DNA of 64,000 nucleotides from Burkholderiales bacterium (lineage in GTDB: Bacteria > Pseudomonadota > Gammaproteobacteria > Burkholderiales > Burkholderiaceae_C), in contig JAGWTP010000003.1 in the NCBI GenBank assembly GCA_028868895.1, positions 7,392 to 71,391 on the forward strand, in the 5' to 3' direction. Shown piece after piece: positions 35,688 through 44,518 of the stretch. The notes beneath the pieces are model-generated. The model ran no database searches and was not told the origin of the DNA. It saw nothing but the letters and a program-made list of their open reading frames with translations. Both the position numbers and the translations under genes were made by a program. Within the stretch, counting starts at the first letter, position 1. Every line of letters starts with the position of its first letter.

Positions 35688-36680
35688 TCAGGTCGGGACC
35701 GTCGCTCGTTCCGTTGGCGGCGGTACGGCACTGGCGTGCGCCGCCGCGGCCTCGAGCAGCCGCGCACGCAGCCACTGATGCGCGCTGGAGTGGTCGTGCC
35801 GCACATGCCACAGCATCGCGACGTCCAGGCCGTTCAGGTGGAACGGCAACGGCCGGGTCACGAGCTGGTCGCCACAACCGGTCGCCTCGACGAAGTACGC
35901 CGGCAGCACCGTCAGCAGGTTGCTGCGGGCAACGACGCGCCCGGCGGTGAAATACTGGTTCACGGTCAGCACGATGCGGCGCTTGCGCCCGAGCGCCGTC
36001 AGCGCCTGGTCGACCAGCCCGTGCGCCCGCCCCGAAAAGCTCACCAGCAGGTGGTGCGCGGCGCAGTAGGCGTCGAGCGTAAGGTCACGCTCGGCCAGCG
36101 GGTGGCCGCGGCGCATCACGCAGACGTATTCGCTGTCGTGCAGCCTGGCGTGGCGCAGCAGCGATTCGCGGCCCTCGCTGAGCAGGCTGGCCACGGTCTC
36201 GGGGAAGTAGCCGATGGCCAGGTCGGCGTCGCCGCGTTCGAGCATCGCACTCGGGTCGCGAGTCGTGAGCGGCAGCACCCGCAGGTTGGCCAGGGCCCGG
36301 GATTGTTCGATCTGCGCCACCAGCGGCGGCATGAACAACGCGGCGGTGGAGTCGGCCATCGCGATGCGAAAGCTCGCGGCATCGGTCGCCGGATCGAACG
36401 CGCCGGGCGCCAGCGCGGCGCGCAGGTGTCCGAGTGCGGCCCGCACGTCGGGCCAAAGGGCCTCGGCGCGCGGCGTCGGTTTGACGCCCGAAGGTGCACG
36501 TGTGAGCAAGTCCTCACCTACTGAGTCACGCAGTCTTTTCAATGCATTGCTGACAGCGGGCTGGGTGATCGACAGGCGTTCGGCGGCTCGTGTGAGGTTG
36601 CGTTCGGCCATCACGACGTCGAAGACGCGCAGCAGGTTCAGGTCGAGGGTGCGGAAGTTCAAGGCGGTTTGCATCGGCAT
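35688..36680 (-). CDS. LysR family transcriptional regulator (NodD/LeuO-like)
   Basis: LDLNLLRVFD...AAERLSITQPAVSNALKRLR; substrate-binding domain. Confidence 0.9.
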   Translation of the reverse strand: MPMQTALNFRTLDLNLLRVFDVVMAERNLTRAAERLSITQPAVSNALKRLRDSVGEDLLTRAPSGVKPTPRAEALWPDVRAALGHLRAALAPGAFDPATDAASFRIAMADSTAALFMPPLVAQIEQSRALANLRVLPLTTRDPSAMLERGDADLAIGYFPETVASLLSEGRESLLRHARLHDSEYVCVMRRGHPLAERDLTLDAYCAAHHLLVSFSGRAHGLVDQALTALGRKRRIVLTVNQYFTAGRVVARSNLLTVLPAYFVEATGCGDQLVTRPLPFHLNGLDVAMLWHVRHDHSSAHQWLRARLLEAAAAHASAVPPPTERATVPT

Positions 36681-36700
36681 GCGCCGGCGTGATACCGGGG

Positions 36701-36723
36701 ATTCACAAGATTGATTGGTGAAT
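36701..36723. promoter_or_regulatory. Candidate LysR binding site ATTCAC-N11-GTGAAT
   Basis: AT-rich inverted repeat in the divergent promoter region. Confidence 0.45.
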
Positions 36724-36789
36724 TATGCGGGTTAACCCTAATGTAGCGCCATGAGGGCTGAAACCGGCCCGTCTTAGAAAGGACATCAG

Positions 36790-37029
36790 ATGAACATCGC
36801 CTTCACGTTGCTGCAGCACGGCCCCGCGAGCGCTGTCGGCACGACCCGCAAGGCGCGCCCGGCGGGCTGGCTGGCGCGGGCCGGGAACAGCATCCACCGG
36901 GCACTCGAAGCCTCGGCGCGGGCCCGCGCTGTGCGCCACCTGCATGAGTTCGCTGACCGATGCGAGGCGCTGCAGCCCGACCTTGCCCAGGAATTGCGCG
37001 CGGCGGCCCTGCGCGACCCCGAGGCCTGA
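36790..37029 (+). CDS. Small hypothetical protein 1 (79 aa)
   Basis: AAAGGA RBS; C-terminal motif shared with the next ORF. Confidence 0.7.
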   Translation: MNIAFTLLQHGPASAVGTTRKARPAGWLARAGNSIHRALEASARARAVRHLHEFADRCEALQPDLAQELRAAALRDPEA

Positions 37030-37081
37030 AGCGCGCGCATTCCACACCCCCTACGAACCACTCAACACAAAGGAATCCACC

Positions 37082-37348
37082 ATGTCGACCACCCTCCTGC
37101 ACGCGAACGTGCAACGCAGTCGATTCGCTCACCTTACCCTGGCCGCGATTGTCGGTTTGATCCCGGCGGTGCTTCGCATGCCGATGAAAGCCATCGAACC
37201 CGCTTCGGCGCGCTCGGCGACCGAAATGGCCGGGATCGAGGCACAGAAGGTGCGCGAGTTGGCCCAGAGCTACCAGAAGACCGACCCAGGATTCGCTGCC
37301 GATCTGTACGCAGCGGCGGCTCGCCACGAGAGCCTGAGCGACGCTTGA
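37082..37348 (+). CDS. Small hypothetical protein 2 (88 aa)
   Basis: AAAGGA RBS; C-terminal DPGFAADLYAAAARHE. Confidence 0.72.
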   Translation: MSTTLLHANVQRSRFAHLTLAAIVGLIPAVLRMPMKAIEPASARSATEMAGIEAQKVRELAQSYQKTDPGFAADLYAAAARHESLSDA

Positions 37349-37387
37349 GGCCGGCGGCGCGCACGCGCCGCAATGCGGCCAACGCCC

Positions 37388-37410
37388 GCCCGCCGATCAT
37401 CGCGGCGGGC
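37388..37410. terminator. Hairpin between convergent small ORF 2 and pckG
   Basis: GCCCGCCG-N7-CGGCGGGC; no U tract. Confidence 0.35.
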
Positions 37411-37420
37411 GCGGCCCGCG

Positions 37421-39322
37421 TCAGCGGCTGAACCGTTGTTCGATGCTCCTGCGGGTTTCGGCCAGCGCCGCCGGCAGGCGGTGCGCCAGTTGCTGGAACA
37501 ACTCGGCGTGCAAGCCGAGTTCGGTCTTCCACGCCTGGGCATCGAGGCTCGTGACCTGCTCGTATTGCGATGGGCTGAAGTCCAGGCCGGTCCAGTCCAG
37601 ATCGGCATGGCGCGGCGTGACGCCGAAGGCGTTCTCGCTGCCCTGTGCCGAGCCGGCCACGCGGCCGATGATCCACGCCAGCACGCGCATGTTCTCGCCG
37701 TAGCCCGGCCAGACGAACTTGCCCGACCCATCCTTGCGGAACCAGTTGACGCAGTAGATCTTCGGCACTGCGGCGCCCGCGCTTTCCAGCTTGCGGCCCA
37801 GATCGAGCCAGTGCTGGAAGTAGTCGCTCATGTTGTAGCCGGTGAACGGCAACATCGCGAACGGGTCGCGGCGCACCACGCCTTGCGCGCCGGCGGCGGC
37901 GGCAGTGGTTTCCGAACCCATCGTGGCGGCCATGTAGACGCCCTCGGTCCAGTTGCGCGCCTCGGTGACGAGCGGCACCGTGGTCGAGCGCCGGCCACCG
38001 AAGATGAACGCGTCGATCGGCACGCCGTTGGGGTCGTCCCACGCGGGGTCGAGCGCCGGGTTGTTGATGGCGGCCACGGTGAAGCGTGAGTTCGGGTGCG
38101 CGGCCTTGGCGCCGGTCTGCCTGGCGAGTTCGGGGGTCCAGTCCTGGCCCTGCCAGTCGATCAGGTGCGCTGGGGCCTCGTCGGTCATGCCTTCCCACCA
38201 CACGTCGCCGTCGTCGGTGAGGGCGACATTGGTGAAGATCACGTCGCGCTTCAGGCTCGCCATGCAGTTGAGGTTGGTTTTGTCGTTGGTGCCGGGCGCC
38301 ACGCCGAAGTAGCCGGCTTCGGGGTTGATCGCGTACAGGCGGCCGTCGGCATGCGGCTTGATCCAGGCGATGTCGTCGCCGATGGTCGTGACCTTCCAGC
38401 CGCCCAGGCCGGCGGGCGGGATCAGCATCGCGAAGTTGGTCTTGCCGCAGGCGCTCGGGAACGCCGCGGCCACGTGGTGTTTCTTGCCTTCGGGCGAGGT
38501 CACGCCCAGGATCAGCATGTGCTCGGCGAGCCAGCCCGGGCTGCCGTTGGCCCCCTGGGAGGCGGCACGGCCCATCGTGCTGGCGATGCGCAGCGCGAAG
38601 CATTTCTTGCCGAGCAGCGCGTTGCCGCCGTAGCCCGAACCGTAGCTCCAGATTTCCTGCGTCTCGGGGTAGTGGACGATGTACTTGGTGGCGTTGCACG
38701 GCCACGCCACGTCGGCCTGGCCGGGCTGCAGCGGCGCGCCCACGCTGTGCATGCACGGCACGAAATGGCCGTCGGTGCCGAGCGCGTCGAGCACCTTGGC
38801 GCCCATGCGCGTCATGATCTTCATGTTGACGGCGACGTAGGCGCTGTCGGAGAGCTCGACGCCGATGTGCGCGATCGGCGAGCCCAGCGGCCCCATCGAG
38901 AACGGCACCACGTACATCGTGCGCCCGCGCATGCAGCCGCGAAACAGCGCCGGGGTGCCGTCGGGCAGGCCGGTTTCGAGTCGGGCGCGCATCTCGGCCG
39001 GCGCCACCCAGTTGTTCGTCGGGCCGGCGTCTTCCTGGTTCTGCGAGCAGATGAAGGTGCGGTCTTCGACGCGCGCCACGTCGCTCGGGCTGCTGCAGGC
39101 GAGGTAGCTGTTCGGGCGCAGTTCGGCGTTGAGCTTCCTGAACGTGCCGGCCGCCACCAGCTGCGCGCACAGGCGGTCGTATTCGGCGGCGCTGCCGTCG
39201 CACCAATGAACCTCGGCGGCCTCGGTCAGCGCGGCCATCTTGGCCACCCAGTCGATCAGTTTCGCGTGCCTGACGCCAGCGGGTACGTTCAGGCGCAGCC
39301 CTTCCATCACGGGTCGGTTCAT
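37421..39322 (-). CDS. pckG: Phosphoenolpyruvate carboxykinase (GTP)
   Basis: [60 protein letters not shown]. Confidence 0.95.
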   Translation of the reverse strand: MNRPVMEGLRLNVPAGVRHAKLIDWVAKMAALTEAAEVHWCDGSAAEYDRLCAQLVAAGTFRKLNAELRPNSYLACSSPSDVARVEDRTFICSQNQEDAGPTNNWVAPAEMRARLETGLPDGTPALFRGCMRGRTMYVVPFSMGPLGSPIAHIGVELSDSAYVAVNMKIMTRMGAKVLDALGTDGHFVPCMHSVGAPLQPGQADVAWPCNATKYIVHYPETQEIWSYGSGYGGNALLGKKCFALRIASTMGRAASQGANGSPGWLAEHMLILGVTSPEGKKHHVAAAFPSACGKTNFAMLIPPAGLGGWKVTTIGDDIAWIKPHADGRLYAINPEAGYFGVAPGTNDKTNLNCMASLKRDVIFTNVALTDDGDVWWEGMTDEAPAHLIDWQGQDWTPELARQTGAKAAHPNSRFTVAAINNPALDPAWDDPNGVPIDAFIFGGRRSTTVPLVTEARNWTEGVYMAATMGSETTAAAAGAQGVVRRDPFAMLPFTGYNMSDYFQHWLDLGRKLESAGAAVPKIYCVNWFRKDGSGKFVWPGYGENMRVLAWIIGRVAGSAQGSENAFGVTPRHADLDWTGLDFSPSQYEQVTSLDAQAWKTELGLHAELFQQLAHRLPAALAETRRSIEQRFSR

Positions 39323-39345
39323 GGCGGATCCAGTCATTGAAGTTG

Positions 39346-39415
39346 AAAAAAGCGGGATTGGGCAAGCCCGCAGTGCCCGGGGTGCCCGGACTCGGAAGGC
39401 TTGCCCAATGCCGCT
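39346..39415 (-). terminator. Long hairpin plus U6 in the pckG 5' leader
   Basis: 18-bp outer stem with one mismatch, followed by TTTTTT on the minus strand, 24 nt before the ATG. Confidence 0.5.
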
Positions 39416-39662
39416 GGGCGTCTGGCCGCAACCGGTGGGTTGCGGGTGGGTCGCGCGGTGCGTCCCGGATCGGGAACGCGCGCGTGGCGACGGGCTCTTC
39501 GAGGGATTGTCGGGTCAGTGTAACGGCGTCGTAACCACCGAAATTCGGGGGATCATGCGGTTCCGGTATGGCTTTATGCGTGCGCTTGTTGGCACCCCGA
39601 GCGACCCGCCGCGCTGGCGCGTCAACGGTATCGCCCAGGGTTGCCCGGCAATAATCGCCACC

Positions 39663-40484
39663 ATGGTCACGCGCCGCCGCTTGTTGAGCCTGACGCTGCC
39701 CGCGCTCGGGTTCGGCCCGGACGCGCGGGCGCAGCGGCGCCGCTCGCTGGCCGACCCGCTGCGCCTGGGTGTGGACCGCGCGCTGTTCGACTCCGGCCTG
39801 GCGCAGGCACTGCAACGCGGCTTCGGCCGCGACACCGGGCTGGCCGTGCAACCGGTGCCGGGCCCGGCGCTGCCGCTGCTCGAAGCGCTGGACCGCGGCG
39901 AACTCGACGCCGCGCTGACCAACGCCCCCGAGGCCGAGGCGCGCCTCGATCAGCAAGGCCTGGCGCACGATCGGCGCGCCATCGCCGACGGCGAGTTCGT
40001 GATCGTCGGCCCGGCGCCGCGCGGCCACCGAACCGACGCCACCGGTCTGGTCGGTTGCCGCGACGCGGTGCAGGCGTTGATCCGCTTGCGCGACGCGGCG
40101 CTGGCGGCGCCCGGCACGGTCACGTTCCTGTCGGCCGCCGACGGTTCGGGCACGCACGTGCTCGAGCAAACGCTGTGGCGGCTGGCGCGGATCGCGCCGG
40201 CGGCGCCCTGGTACGCCCCGGCCGATGCGGCCACCGGCCTGATCGCGCAGGCGCGTGCCCGGGGCGCCTACGCGCTGGTCGAGCACGGCGCCTGGCTCGC
40301 GCACGGCGGCGCGCCGCTGGCGGTGCTCGTGGCCGGCGATCCGGCGCTGCGCGAGGCGGTCCACTTCATGCGGGCGTTCCGCTACAACCACCCGGCCGGT
40401 GCGATCTTCAGCGCCTGGATCGCCGGGCCGAAGGGCCACCGCGTGGTGGCCGGTGTGCGCGGCTACCGCGCCCCGGTCGAATAA
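39663..40484 (+). CDS. TupA-like periplasmic binding protein (divergent)
   Basis: TRRR signal; DSGL, APEAE, FVIVGP and SGTH segments align with TupA from memory. Confidence 0.7.
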   Translation: MVTRRRLLSLTLPALGFGPDARAQRRRSLADPLRLGVDRALFDSGLAQALQRGFGRDTGLAVQPVPGPALPLLEALDRGELDAALTNAPEAEARLDQQGLAHDRRAIADGEFVIVGPAPRGHRTDATGLVGCRDAVQALIRLRDAALAAPGTVTFLSAADGSGTHVLEQTLWRLARIAPAAPWYAPADAATGLIAQARARGAYALVEHGAWLAHGGAPLAVLVAGDPALREAVHFMRAFRYNHPAGAIFSAWIAGPKGHRVVAGVRGYRAPVE

Positions 40485-40506
40485 GCCACGCCACCGCCGC
40501 CGACCG

Positions 40507-41088
40507 ATGCCGCGCACGCTCGTCAGCCTGAACGTGTCGCTCGCGCGGCCGATCGTCATCGATGGCCGCGAGGTCTTGAGCGGCATCGGCAAGCGCGGCG
40601 TTAGCGGGCCGGTGGAGCTCGGGCCGCTCGGCCTGGCGGGCGACGAGCAGGCCGACCTGTCGGTGCACGGCGGCTTGAGCAAGGCGGTCTACGCCTACCC
40701 GAGCGAGCACTACCCGTTCTGGCAGACGGTGCGGGCGCAGGCGCGCGCGGCCGGCTGGGGCGACCTGCTCGCGCCGGGCGCGCTGGGCGAGAACCTCACG
40801 CTCGCCGGGCTGCTCGAGAGCGAGGTCTGGATCGGCGACGTGCTGCGCTTCGCGGACTGCGAGCTGGCGGTCAGCGAGCCGCGCTTTCCGTGCTTCAAGT
40901 TCAACGCGGCGATGGGCTTCAGGCAGGTGGCGCAGTTGATGTCGGCCAATGGCTGGTGCGGCTTCTACCTCGCGGTGCGGGTGGCCGGCACGCTGCGCGC
41001 GGGCGAGAACTTCGAACTGGTCGAGGGCCCGCGCGAAGTCGGCATCGCCGAGCTGTTTCGCGCCCGGACCACGCCGCGCCGGCGCTGA
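40507..41088 (+). CDS. MOSC domain protein (YiiM-like)
   Basis: DEQADLSVHGG..KAVY, GENLT, EPRFPCFK. Confidence 0.88.
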   Translation: MPRTLVSLNVSLARPIVIDGREVLSGIGKRGVSGPVELGPLGLAGDEQADLSVHGGLSKAVYAYPSEHYPFWQTVRAQARAAGWGDLLAPGALGENLTLAGLLESEVWIGDVLRFADCELAVSEPRFPCFKFNAAMGFRQVAQLMSANGWCGFYLAVRVAGTLRAGENFELVEGPREVGIAELFRARTTPRRR

Positions 41089-41154
41089 TCGCGCCGCGGC
41101 AGGGGCGCGAGGGCGAGGCGGCACGACCCGCACGGCCGCCCGCCGCGCCTCACC

Positions 41155-42258
41155 TCAAGCCGGCGCCAGCTCCAGCGCCGGGTAGTCGGTGTAACCCGTC
41201 GCACTGCCACCGTACAGCGTGTCGCGGTTCAGTGCCGCCAGCGGCGCATCGATGCGCAGCCGGTGCACCAGGTCGGGGTTGCTGATGAACGGCTTGCCGA
41301 AGGCCACCAGGTCGGCCGCGCCGCTGGCCACGGCCTCGAGCGCCATCGCCCGCGTGTAGCCGTTGTTGACGATCCAGGCGCCGTGTTCGTGGCCCTGCCG
41401 GTAACGGTGGCGCAGCGCGGCGTAGTCGAACGGCGCCACGTCGCGCGGGCCACCGGTGGCGCCTTCGATGACGTGGATGAACGCGAGCTTGAGCGGCGCG
41501 AGCTGTTCGACCACGAAGTTGAACAGGCCCTGCGCGTCGCCGTCCTGGCCGGCGTCGTTGGCCGGCGTGACCGGCGACAGGCGCAGCCCGGTGCGGCCGG
41601 CGCCGATCTCGGCAACGATCGCGTGCATCACTTCCAGCAGCAGCCGGGCGCGGTTTTCCTTCGGGCCGCCGTAGGCGTCGGTGCGGTCGTTGATGCTGTC
41701 ACGCAGGAACTGCTCGAGCAGGTAGCCGTTGGCGCCATGCACCTCGACGCCGTCGAAGCCGGCCTCGATCGCGTTGCGCGCGGCGCGGGCGTACTCGGCA
41801 ACGATGCGCGGCAGTTCGTCCAGGCGCAGCGCGCGCGGGGCTGACACGTCTTCGAAGCCCTGCGCGGTGAAGGTCTTGCCGTTCGCGCGCCGCGCCGTGC
41901 TCGACACCGGCGCCTGCCCGTTGGGCTGCAGCGAGACATGCGAGATGCGCCCCACATGCCACAGTTGCACGACGATCTTGCCGCCCTGCGCATGCACCGC
42001 GTCGGTCACGTGGCGCCAGCCGGCGACCTGCTCGGCGCTGTAGATGCCCGGCGTGTCGAGGTAGCCCTGGCCTTCGGGCGAGATCTGCGTGGCCTCGGTG
42101 ACGATCAACCCGGCGCTGGCGCGCTGCGCGTAGTAGGTGGCCATCAGCGGCGTGGGCGTGCGCCCCGGGCCGGCGCGGTCGCGCGTCAGCGGCGCCATCA
42201 CGATGCGGTTGGCGGCGGCGATGTCGCCGAATCGAACGGGATCGAACAAGGTGGTCAT
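41155..42258 (-). CDS. nemA: Old yellow enzyme family alkene reductase (NemA-like)
   Basis: NRIVMAPLTR, QLWHVGRISH, EVHGANGYL, NDRTDAYGG, NPDLV. Confidence 0.88.
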   Translation of the reverse strand: MTTLFDPVRFGDIAAANRIVMAPLTRDRAGPGRTPTPLMATYYAQRASAGLIVTEATQISPEGQGYLDTPGIYSAEQVAGWRHVTDAVHAQGGKIVVQLWHVGRISHVSLQPNGQAPVSSTARRANGKTFTAQGFEDVSAPRALRLDELPRIVAEYARAARNAIEAGFDGVEVHGANGYLLEQFLRDSINDRTDAYGGPKENRARLLLEVMHAIVAEIGAGRTGLRLSPVTPANDAGQDGDAQGLFNFVVEQLAPLKLAFIHVIEGATGGPRDVAPFDYAALRHRYRQGHEHGAWIVNNGYTRAMALEAVASGAADLVAFGKPFISNPDLVHRLRIDAPLAALNRDTLYGGSATGYTDYPALELAPA

Positions 42259-42422
42259 TGGGGGATTCTTGGGAAAGTGGGACGGCCGCGATCCTACGAT
42301 GCACCGCAACAACATTGCCGAGTGCAGCCCGGGCCGATTTCGGTTAGGCGCTTGCCCGCGCCGCGGCAGCGCACGACGCGTTGGGGCTACAGTGCCTGCC
42401 TGATTCCCGACCGCCGCCCACC

Positions 42423-43265
42423 ATGCTCGCCTACCGACACGCCTTCCACGCGGGCAACCACGCCGACGTGCTCAAGCACACCGTACTCACACTCGTGCTG
42501 CGTCACATGAACCAGAAGGACAAGCCGTACCGGCTGGTCGACACCCACGCCGGCGCCGGCGGCTACTCGCTCGAAGGCCGCTTCGCGCAGAAGAAGGGCG
42601 AGTTCGAGCAGGGCATCCTGCGCCTGTGGGACCGCGACGACCTGCCACCGGCCGTGGCCGACTACGTCGCCCTGGTGCGCCAGTTCAACCCCGATGGCAA
42701 GCTGCATCAGTACCCGGGCTCGCCGGCGATCGCGCAGATGGTGCTGCGCGCAAAGGACCAGCTGCGCCTGTTCGAGCTGCACCCGACCGACCACCGCATC
42801 CTCGCGTCCTACCTCGGCGACGCGCGCGGCGCCGAGGTCTTCGATACCGACGGCTTCGACGGCCTGAAGGGCCAGGTGCCGCCGTCCTCGCGCCGTGCAG
42901 TGGTGCTGATGGACCCGAGCTACGAGGGCCACAAGGACTACGGCCGCGTGATCGCCTCGTTGCGCGAGGCGATCGAACGTTTCGCCGAAGGCGTGTACCT
43001 GGTCTGGTACCCGCAGGTCAGCAAGCTCGAAGCCGCGCAACTGCCCAAGCGCCTCGAAGCGCTCGCGCCCAAGGGCTGGCTGCACGCCCGGCTCACGGCG
43101 CAGCAGCCCGACAAGCAGGGCTTCGGACTGGCCGGCAGCGGCATGTTCGTGATCAACCCGCCGTACACGCTGCACGACGAGCTGCTGACGGTGTTGCCGT
43201 ACCTCACCGACGTGCTCGGCCAGTACGACGGCGCGAACTACCTGCTGGAGCGGCGCGCCGCGTAG
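42423..43265 (+). CDS. rlmJ: 23S rRNA m6A2030 methyltransferase
   Basis: MLAYRHAFHAGNHADVLKH, DTHAGAG, YPGSP, DPSYE, INPP. Confidence 0.93.
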   Translation: MLAYRHAFHAGNHADVLKHTVLTLVLRHMNQKDKPYRLVDTHAGAGGYSLEGRFAQKKGEFEQGILRLWDRDDLPPAVADYVALVRQFNPDGKLHQYPGSPAIAQMVLRAKDQLRLFELHPTDHRILASYLGDARGAEVFDTDGFDGLKGQVPPSSRRAVVLMDPSYEGHKDYGRVIASLREAIERFAEGVYLVWYPQVSKLEAAQLPKRLEALAPKGWLHARLTAQQPDKQGFGLAGSGMFVINPPYTLHDELLTVLPYLTDVLGQYDGANYLLERRAA

Positions 43266-43301
43266 GCGCAGGTGCCCGCGGCCACGCGAGCCTCGAACCG
43301 C

Positions 43302-44498
43302 ATGGACGAGCCCTTGCCCCACCGCACCGGCCCGCTCGCCGGCCTGAAGGTGGTCGAGCTCGGCCAGTTGATCGCCGGCCCGTTCGCGGCGAAGACGCTG
43401 GCCGACTTCGGCGCCGAGGTCGTCAAGATCGAGCCGCCGGCCACCGGCGACCCGCTGCGCCAATGGCGCCTGCTGCACGACGGCACCAGCGTGTGGTGGC
43501 AGGTGCAATCGCGCAACAAGAAGAGCGTGGCGCTCGACCTGAAGGACGCCGCCGCGCGCGAGATCGTGCGCGCGCTGATCATCGAGGCCGATGTGCTGAT
43601 CGAGAACTTCAAGCCCGGCGTGATGGAGGGCTGGGGCTTCGGCTACGAGGCGCTCGCCGCCGCCAACCCCGGCCTGATCATGCTGCGCATCAGCGGCTAC
43701 GGCCAGACCGGGCCCTACAAGGACCGGCCCGGGTTCGGCGTGGTTGCCGAGGCGATGGGCGGGTTGCGCCACCTCACGGCCGAGCCCGGGCGCGTGCCGG
43801 TGCGGGTGGGCGTGAGCATCGGCGACACGCTCGCCTCGCTGCACGGCGTGATCGGCATCCTAATGGCGCTGCAGCACCGCCACGCGGGCGTCAGCGCGCA
43901 GGCGCCGAAGGGGCGCGGCCAGGTGGTCGACGTGGCCCTGTACGAAGCGGTCTTCAACTGCATGGAAAGCCTGCTGCCCGAGTACAGCGCGTTCGGCGCG
44001 GTGCGCGAGCCGGCTGGCTCGGCCTTGCCCGGCATCGCGCCGAGCAATGCCTACCCGTGCGCCGACGGCTGGGTGCTGGTGGCGGGCAACGGCGACTCGA
44101 TCTTCAAGCGGCTGATGGCGGCGATCGGCCGCGACGACCTGGCGCGCGACCCGCAACTCGCCGGCAACACCGGGCGCGTCGCGCGCGTGGCCGAGATCGA
44201 CGCGGCGATCGGTGCCTGGACCGCCCCGCGCACGGTCGTCGATGTGCTCGAGGTGCTGAACGCCGCCGCGGTGCCGGCCGGGCGCATCTACACCGCCAAG
44301 GACATCGCCGAAGACCCGCACTACCGCGCGCGCGGCATGATCGAGCGCGTGACCAGCGCCGACGGCCTGGCGCTCGACGTGCCGGGCATCGTGCCCAAGC
44401 TGAGCCTGACGCCGGGCGCGATCACGCGGCGCGCGCCGCGGCTCGGGGAAGACACCGAGGCGGTGCTGGCCGCGCTGGCCGCACGCAGGCGCCGCTGA
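43302..44498 (+). CDS. CaiB/BaiF family III CoA-transferase
   Basis: PLAGLKVVELG, RNKKSVALDLK, ENFKPG, ISGYGQTGP. Confidence 0.9.
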   Translation: MDEPLPHRTGPLAGLKVVELGQLIAGPFAAKTLADFGAEVVKIEPPATGDPLRQWRLLHDGTSVWWQVQSRNKKSVALDLKDAAAREIVRALIIEADVLIENFKPGVMEGWGFGYEALAAANPGLIMLRISGYGQTGPYKDRPGFGVVAEAMGGLRHLTAEPGRVPVRVGVSIGDTLASLHGVIGILMALQHRHAGVSAQAPKGRGQVVDVALYEAVFNCMESLLPEYSAFGAVREPAGSALPGIAPSNAYPCADGWVLVAGNGDSIFKRLMAAIGRDDLARDPQLAGNTGRVARVAEIDAAIGAWTAPRTVVDVLEVLNAAAVPAGRIYTAKDIAEDPHYRARGMIERVTSADGLALDVPGIVPKLSLTPGAITRRAPRLGEDTEAVLAALAARRRR

Positions 44499-44518
44499 CC
44501 GCCCATCGGGCCGCACCC

